A stretch of 64,000 bases of DNA from Planctomycetota bacterium (GTDB lineage Bacteria > Planctomycetota > MHYJ01 > WSZJ01), in the NCBI GenBank assembly GCA_038060895.1, contig JBBTCT010000015.1, positions 96,001 through 160,000 of the forward strand. Reading direction: 5' to 3'. Below the pieces are notes generated by a model. The model searched no databases, was not told the DNA's origin, and worked only from the letters and a program-made list of their open reading frames with translations. A program made the position numbers and the translations under genes. Numbering within the stretch: the stretch's first letter is position 1; each line of letters opens with the position of its first letter. Shown here piece after piece: positions 58,366 to 64,000 of the stretch.

Positions 58366-59967
58366 GTGAACGCAGCCTTCGACTCGCCGGACCTGAGGGA
58401 GCGTCAGCGAGCCGAAGGGCGTCGCTCGCCCGGGCCGGATTCGGCGGAAGCCGCCTACGTCTTTCGACACGCGCTCCTCCGCGACGCCGCGTATCAACTG
58501 CAGCTTCCCGGCGACCGCGCGCGGCTGCACGCGCTGGCGTTTGCGCTGATCGAGGATCTCTGCGGCGGCCGTCCGCCGGAGCCGCCGCCGCTGGACGCGC
58601 CCGACCCGCCGCCGTTCGCGCCGCACGCAACCGATCCGTTCGCGCGGGAGCTGGCGCAGCACGCGCGGGAAGCGATCCGGTCGCCGGCGGTCCCCGCGTC
58701 GGCGCTTCACCTCTACCTCCAGCGCGCCGCGGTGGTCGCCGAACGCACGATTCAGCCGGGAGCAGAGGAGTGCTGGCTGGAACTGGCGGACATCCTCGAG
58801 GGGACGCTTCAAGGCGCGGCGTTCCTGCACGCGGGCCAGGTCGCCCGCGCGAGAGGCCGCCCCGGCTCCGCCGAGATTCATTTTTCGAAGGGGCTCGCGG
58901 TGAGCCGCGCGGTGGGCGACCGCCGCCAGGAGGCGCTGGTCCTGGGGAGCCTGGGGATCGTGCACCAGGATACGGGGCGCATCGAGGAGGCCGAACGGAC
59001 GTACGGGGAAGCGCTCTCGATCCATCGTGAGCTCGACGACCGCCGCGCGCAGGGCCTCCCGTTGGCAAACCTGGGGAACCTCTACGGGGAGACCGGCCGG
59101 CTCGAGCAGGCCGAGCGGACGCACGAGCAGGCACTGGCGATCCATCGGGAATTCGGCAACCGCCGGCTGGCGGGCATTTCGCTCGGGAACCTGGCGAACT
59201 GTTGCCTCGCGACCGGACGCCTCGAGCAGGCCGAGCGGTTGTACGAGCAGGCGCTGGAGATCGATCGCGCCGTCGGCAATCGCAGCTACGAAGGCCTGGA
59301 GCTGGGAAACCTCGCGCTTCTCTTCAACATGACCGGGCGCGTCGAGCAGGCCGAGCGGACGTACGAAGAGGCGCTCGCGATCCATCGCGAAGTCGGCAAC
59401 CGCCGCTGGGAAGGCACCGCGCTCGGGAGCCTGGCCGTCGTTTTCAAGGAGACCGGGCGAGTCGAAGCGGCCGAGCGGACCTACGAGCGGGCGCTCGCGA
59501 TCCATCGCGAAGTGGGCAATCGCCGCGGCGAGGGGGTCGCGCTGGGACAGCTGGCCAACATCTACCAGGAGTCCGGGCGCGTCGAGGAGGCCGAGACGGC
59601 CTACGAACGCGCGCTGGCGATCCATCGCGAAGTCGGCAACCCGCGCTTCGAGGGCATCGAGCTGGCCAACCTCGCGAGTCTCTATTACGAGAGCGGGCGC
59701 ATCGAGCAGGCCGGGAGCTTCTTCCTGCGCGCTCTCGAGATCATGCGCGCCACCGGGGACCTGCGGTCGGAAGGACTCACCCAGGGTTCCTTCGCCGTGT
59801 TCCTCGCGAGAACGGGCCGCGCCGCCGAAGCGAGGGCGCGCTGGGCCGAGGGCGTGGAGACGCTGAATCGAAGGGGGAACGCGAAGGACCTGCGCCGCAT
59901 GACCGAGGACATGCGCGCCGCGTGCGCGAAGGCGGGGACGGCGCCATTAGATGAGGGAGGGGGATAA
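58366..59967 (+). CDS. Stand-alone TPR protein with YVFRHALLRDAAYQLQLPGDRARLH module (copy D)
   Basis: Same module; about 8 highly regular 40-aa TPRs; start codon uncertain. Confidence 0.88.
   Translation: MNAAFDSPDLRERQRAEGRRSPGPDSAEAAYVFRHALLRDAAYQLQLPGDRARLHALAFALIEDLCGGRPPEPPPLDAPDPPPFAPHATDPFARELAQHAREAIRSPAVPASALHLYLQRAAVVAERTIQPGAEECWLELADILEGTLQGAAFLHAGQVARARGRPGSAEIHFSKGLAVSRAVGDRRQEALVLGSLGIVHQDTGRIEEAERTYGEALSIHRELDDRRAQGLPLANLGNLYGETGRLEQAERTHEQALAIHREFGNRRLAGISLGNLANCCLATGRLEQAERLYEQALEIDRAVGNRSYEGLELGNLALLFNMTGRVEQAERTYEEALAIHREVGNRRWEGTALGSLAVVFKETGRVEAAERTYERALAIHREVGNRRGEGVALGQLANIYQESGRVEEAETAYERALAIHREVGNPRFEGIELANLASLYYESGRIEQAGSFFLRALEIMRATGDLRSEGLTQGSFAVFLARTGRAAEARARWAEGVETLNRRGNAKDLRRMTEDMRAACAKAGTAPLDEGGG
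58375..58420. repeat. REP-like hairpin
   Basis: gccttcgactcg...cgagccgaagggc; inner part resembles 32250-32277. Confidence 0.5.
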
Positions 59968-60076
59968 GACAAAGGCAAAGACAAAGGCAAAACCCAACCC
60001 CAACGCCAAATCCCAAAACATCCCCCTCGTGAGAGAGGCTCTATTGGGATTTGGGGTTGGGGTTGGGACTTGCCTT
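59968..60076. repeat. Hexamer-built long inverted repeat
   Basis: aaggcaaaacccaaccccaacgccaaatcccaa pairs with ttgggatttggggttggggttgggacttgcctt. Confidence 0.75.
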
Positions 60077-60102
60077 CCCCCGCTTCGTACCATGCACCGG
60101 CC

Positions 60103-61515
60103 TTGCACGCCGAAATCGTTTACCTCTTCCGCCACGTCCTCCTCCGCGACGCCGCCTACCAGCTTCAGCTCCCCGGCGACCGCGCGCGGCTGCATGCGCT
60201 CGCGTTGGCGCTGATCGAAGACCTGTACGGCGGCAGGCCGCCTGTGCCGCCTCCGCAGGACCCCGGGGAACCCCTGGGATTCCAGGAGCACCGGACCGAT
60301 CCGTTTGCCGAAGAGCTGGCGGGTCATGCCGCCCACGCGGGGATCGAAGCGGCGCCCGCCGTCGCGAATCTGTACCTGCGCCGGGCCGCGCAGGACGCCG
60401 GTCGAAGGTGGCGGCTTGAGACGTCGGGCAAGTTGTGGCGGCAACTCGCGGAACGATCGACGGGGGTCGAACGCGGCGCCGCCCTCCTCCATGCCGCAAA
60501 CATGGCGCTCGACGCGGGGCGGTCGCTGGAAGCCCTGCCGCTGGTCGAGCAGGCGCTGGCGCTTTTCCGCAGCGAAGGCCACCGCCATTTCGAAGGCGTC
60601 GCGTGGGGAACGCTGGCGAGCCTTAACCGGGAACTGGGCCGGATCCAGCAGGCGGAAGCGGCCGATGAAGCGGCGATGTCGATTTTTCGCGAGACGGGGG
60701 ACCGCCGTGGCGAGGGCACGGCCCTGGGAAACATGGCGAACCTGCTTCGGCAGTCCGGACGCGTTCCGCAGGCCGAGGGCGCCTACAGGCGGGCGCTGGC
60801 GCTTCATCGCGCCGTTCGCAACCGGCGATCGGAGTCGATCGTGCTGGGAAGCCTCGGGAATCTCCTGAAAGCGACCGGCCGGCCCCGCGAGGCCCGGCGC
60901 CTCTTCAGGCAGGCGCTCGCGATCCAGCGCGCCCTCGGCGACCGCCTGCTGGAAGGCACCGGCGTGGCCAATCTGGCCCGAATGGACCAGGCCTCCGGAC
61001 AGCTTCGCCGCGCCGAGCGCGGCTACGCGCAGGCCTTGGCGATCCACAGGGAAGTCGGCGACCGGCGCTTCGAGGGTGTCGCCGTGGGCAACCTCGCCAC
61101 GCTTCACGCGCAGACCGGACGGCCCGGGCTGGCAGAGAAGGGGTTCGAGCAGGCGCTGGCGATCCACCGGGAAGTCGGCAACCGGCGGTCCGAGGGCATC
61201 GCGCTCATGAACCTGTCCCGCCTGCAGGGCGAAACCGGGCGGGCCGCCTCCGCCGAAGCCGGATTTGCGCAGGCCCTGACCCTCTTTCGCGATTCGGGCT
61301 CACGGACCGCGGAAGCCGTGTGCTTTTGCGACTTCGGCGTATTCCTGCTCGACAGGGGCCGCGTCGAAGAGGCGCGCGCGAAGTGGCGCCAGGGGGCTGG
61401 AATCCTGCGCGACCTCGGGGACACGGCGGAGCTCCAGCAGAAAACCGTGGCGATGACGGCCGCGTGCTCCAGGGCGGGAATCCCGCCGCTCGCCGAGGCG
61501 TTGGACGAACATTGA
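60103..61515 (+). CDS. Stand-alone TPR protein with YLFRHVLLRDAAYQLQLPGDRARLH module (copy E)
   Basis: Same module and TPRs; TTG 60103 preceded by TACCAT (track start 60070). Confidence 0.87.
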   Translation: MHAEIVYLFRHVLLRDAAYQLQLPGDRARLHALALALIEDLYGGRPPVPPPQDPGEPLGFQEHRTDPFAEELAGHAAHAGIEAAPAVANLYLRRAAQDAGRRWRLETSGKLWRQLAERSTGVERGAALLHAANMALDAGRSLEALPLVEQALALFRSEGHRHFEGVAWGTLASLNRELGRIQQAEAADEAAMSIFRETGDRRGEGTALGNMANLLRQSGRVPQAEGAYRRALALHRAVRNRRSESIVLGSLGNLLKATGRPREARRLFRQALAIQRALGDRLLEGTGVANLARMDQASGQLRRAERGYAQALAIHREVGDRRFEGVAVGNLATLHAQTGRPGLAEKGFEQALAIHREVGNRRSEGIALMNLSRLQGETGRAASAEAGFAQALTLFRDSGSRTAEAVCFCDFGVFLLDRGRVEEARAKWRQGAGILRDLGDTAELQQKTVAMTAACSRAGIPPLAEALDEH

Positions 61516-61572
61516 GAGTCTGGCATCCTGGCCGAAGTTCGGGTAAATAGAGCGCTTCCCGGAGGAAAACCG

Positions 61573-62439
61573 ATGAGAAACCTGGCCTTGTCGCTCCTGC
61601 TCTTCGCCGTCGCCGGCTGCTCTTCCGAACCCGAGCGGGCCGCTTCGAAACCGGACGTCGACGCGCTCGCGGGCAAGCGCGCGGCGATGGACCAGCCGGT
61701 CCCCGATTTCACGCTGCGGGACCTGACCCGCGACGGCGCCTTCGTGTCGCTCGCGGAGCTTCGCGGCCGCGCGGTCGTGCTTTTCTTCTTGAGCCCCAAC
61801 TGACAGGCCGCAAAGGGCTACGAAGCCCGCGTCGGCCAGGTCCTGGCCGACTACAAGGGCAAGAACGTGACGATCCTCGGCGTCCGGAGCAGCTCCACCG
61901 ACACCGACGAGGAAGTCCGGAAGTACGCGACGGAGAAGAGCCTCTCGATCCCCGTTCTCGCCGACGACGGCAACGTCCTCGCCGATTTCTTCAACGTGCC
62001 GAACTTCATGGTCTTCGTCGTCATCGACGCCGAGGGCCGCATGCGGTCGTGGGGCGGCATCGACGATCATCACGACGAGAAGCGCGCGAAGCGCCCGCAC
62101 CTCCGCAACGCGCTCGACGCGGTCCTGGCCGGGAAGGACGTCGCGGCGAAGCGGACCTTCGCCTTCGGGTGACCCATCCCCCGCTCGGTTCGTCGAACCG
62201 AGGCCGAGGCGACCCGCGATTTCGAGGCGTTCGTGGGGAGTCTCTCGGACGAAGGGGTGACGGGGCGGTTCAAGAAGTTCCTTCAGACGGACGAGATGCG
62301 GCCGGCCATGGTCCAGGCCCTCCAGAAGGGCGTCCGCATGGACCTCGCGGTCGAGAACTACTACGAGCGCACGAAGGACGGCAAGTTCGTGATGAAGGCG
62401 GAGATGGCGGAGGTGATGGGGGAGATGTTCCCGGAGTAA
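61573..62439 (+). CDS. Peroxiredoxin-like/redoxin lipoprotein with two in-frame UGA codons (candidate selenoprotein)
   Basis: GGAGG SD; AVAGC lipobox; PDFTL; FLSPN-UGA(61801)-QAAKGY; GGIDD; TFAFG-UGA(62170)-PI; track ORFs 61573, 61867 and 62233 are all in one frame. Confidence 0.75.
61806..61837 (+). promoter_or_regulatory. Candidate bacterial SECIS hairpin after the first UGA
   Basis: GGGCT-ACGA-AGCCC stem starts 11 nt after the UGA, inside an outer GGCCG/CGGCC stem. Confidence 0.5.
62184..62202 (+). promoter_or_regulatory. Candidate bacterial SECIS hairpin after the second UGA
   Basis: CTCGGTTC-GTC-GAACCGAG stem starts 11 nt after the UGA; loop begins with G. Confidence 0.55.
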
Positions 62440-62455
62440 CGCTTAGAATCCGCCG

Positions 62456-63955
62456 GTGCGCTCCGCCGAAGCTGCTTATGTGTTCCGCCACGCGCTCATG
62501 CGTGACGCGGCGTACCAGCTCCAGCTCCCCGGCGACCGCGCGCGACTGCACGGACTGGCGTTCGCGCTCATCGAAGACCTGTGCGGCGGCCGCGCCCCAG
62601 ATCCCGCGCCGTTCGAAGAGTCCGGCGGGGCGCCGGATGCTCTCCACGCGTCCGACGCGCTGGCCGAGGACCTGGCGGCCCACGCGCGGCATTCGGGAGC
62701 GCCGGCGTCCCTCGAGCTGCTGTACCTCCGCCGCGCCGCGGGCCGCGCCGAACGGCAGTACGATTTGGACGCGGCCGAATCCCTCTGGAGCCGCGTCGCC
62801 GCGCTGCTTCCGGAAGATCAGGCCGCGGCGGCCCTCCAGTACGCCGGGCGCTGCGCGGTCTTTCGCTCCCACTACGGCGCCGCGGAGGAGATCTTCCAGC
62901 GGCTGGTCGAGCTCGGGAAGAGTGCCGGGAATCCCCGCGCCGTCGCCGCCGCGCGGAACAACCTGTCCATCGTGTTCCGGGAGACCGGGCGGCGGGCGGA
63001 AGCGATCGAGGCATCGCGCGATGCGATCGCGAAGTTCCGCGAAGGCGGCTTCCCCGCCGAGGAGGCCCGCACGCTGTCCTCCCTCTCCCACCTCGAGCTG
63101 GAAGCGGGTCGGCCTCTGGAGGCGGAGGCGCTTCTCCGCCGGGCGCTCGAGCTGATCGCGGCTCACGGGAAGCCCCTCGACGAGGGGCTGGCGTGCATCA
63201 GCCTCGGCAGCGCCCTCAACGCCCTGGCGCGCTTCCCCGAAGCCGAGGCGTCGATGAGGCGCGCCGTCGACATCCTGCGCGCCGCCGGCGCGCGTCGCTA
63301 CCTCGCCATCGCCCTGAGCAACCTCGGCCAGCTCCTGCAGGACTCCGAGCGCATCGAGGAGGCGCTGGCGCTGCTCGAAGAGGCGCTGGCGATCCACCGT
63401 GAAGTAGGCAACAAGCGGTCCGAAGGCATCACGCTGGGGACCCTCGCCCTCGTCCACCAGAATGCCGGACGACATGACCGCGCCGAGGCGATCTACCGCG
63501 ACGCGCTCTCCGTCAACGAGGAGACCGGCAACCGCCGCCAGTTCGCCGTCGTCCTCGGCAACATCGGGTCCCTCTGGCAGGAGCGCGGCAAGTTCGCGGA
63601 AGCCGAGGCCCTCTACCGCCGCGCCCTCGCCCTCCACCGGGAGGTCGGATACCGCCGCTTCGAAGGCATCATCCTCGGCTCGCTCGCCATCGTGTCCCTG
63701 GTCACCGGCCGCCTCGACGACGCCCTGCGCCTCTTCCGCGACGCCGTCGCCGTCCATCGCGCCGTCCGCAATCGCATGCACGAGGGCGTCCACCTCTGCG
63801 GCCTCGCCGCGGCGCTTCGGTGTCAGGGCGATGCGGCGGAAGCGCGGGCCGCGTGGGATGAGGGGGCGGCGATCCTGGCCGAAGTCGATCTCCGGAGGCT
63901 GGAGCACGCGCGGGCCCTGGCCCGGCAGGTGTGCGGCGACGCATTCGAGTCCTGA
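62456..63955 (+). CDS. Stand-alone TPR protein with YVFRHALMRDAAYQLQLPGDRARLH module (copy F)
   Basis: Same module and TPRs; TAGAAT 6 nt before GTG. Confidence 0.88.
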   Translation: MRSAEAAYVFRHALMRDAAYQLQLPGDRARLHGLAFALIEDLCGGRAPDPAPFEESGGAPDALHASDALAEDLAAHARHSGAPASLELLYLRRAAGRAERQYDLDAAESLWSRVAALLPEDQAAAALQYAGRCAVFRSHYGAAEEIFQRLVELGKSAGNPRAVAAARNNLSIVFRETGRRAEAIEASRDAIAKFREGGFPAEEARTLSSLSHLELEAGRPLEAEALLRRALELIAAHGKPLDEGLACISLGSALNALARFPEAEASMRRAVDILRAAGARRYLAIALSNLGQLLQDSERIEEALALLEEALAIHREVGNKRSEGITLGTLALVHQNAGRHDRAEAIYRDALSVNEETGNRRQFAVVLGNIGSLWQERGKFAEAEALYRRALALHREVGYRRFEGIILGSLAIVSLVTGRLDDALRLFRDAVAVHRAVRNRMHEGVHLCGLAAALRCQGDAAEARAAWDEGAAILAEVDLRRLEHARALARQVCGDAFES

Positions 63956-64000
63956 GTTTCTTTTGTCTGGCCCCGGGGAAATGAAGAGAATCGGAGCCTT

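Noticed and set aside
61801-62172. Genome-wide UGA reassignment (code 4/25) as the explanation for the in-frame TGAs
   Set aside because: Conserved genes such as pyk, can and the M20 peptidase end at TGA at the expected positions, and ATGA/GTGA overlaps are common.
55600-63955. CRISPR array or DGR
   Set aside because: The repeats are in-frame coding TPR units without unique spacers. No cas gene, reverse transcriptase or adenine-specific TR/VR pair was seen.

Overview
High-GC bacterial DNA, most consistent with a Planctomycetota/PVC-type organism (inferred from DUF1501/DUF1800 genes, four Hanks kinases and an extended ECF sigma factor). Housekeeping genes (hrpB, pyk, eno, rlmN, can, M20 peptidase, amidohydrolase, PA0069-type radical SAM) are interspersed with many signalling genes. 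Main observation: an apparently split STAND/NLR-like adenylate cyclase system. A soluble-AC-type cyclase-AAA protein (21788-24196) stops just before the YxFRHxLLRDAAY winged-helix motif. Five intact stand-alone TPR genes and one stub all begin at or just before that motif, which suggests interchangeable sensor subunits. A cNMP-domain kinase is divergent from the cyclase. Second highlight: a lipoprotein redoxin with in-frame UGA at both conserved Cys positions, each followed 11 nt later by a hairpin (candidate double selenoprotein). Also present: a MIT/Vps4-like AAA ATPase operon, probable widespread leaderless transcription, and several families of intergenic repeats. No rRNA, tRNA, CRISPR array or transposase was recognised. 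All calls come from reading motifs by eye; no database searches were run.
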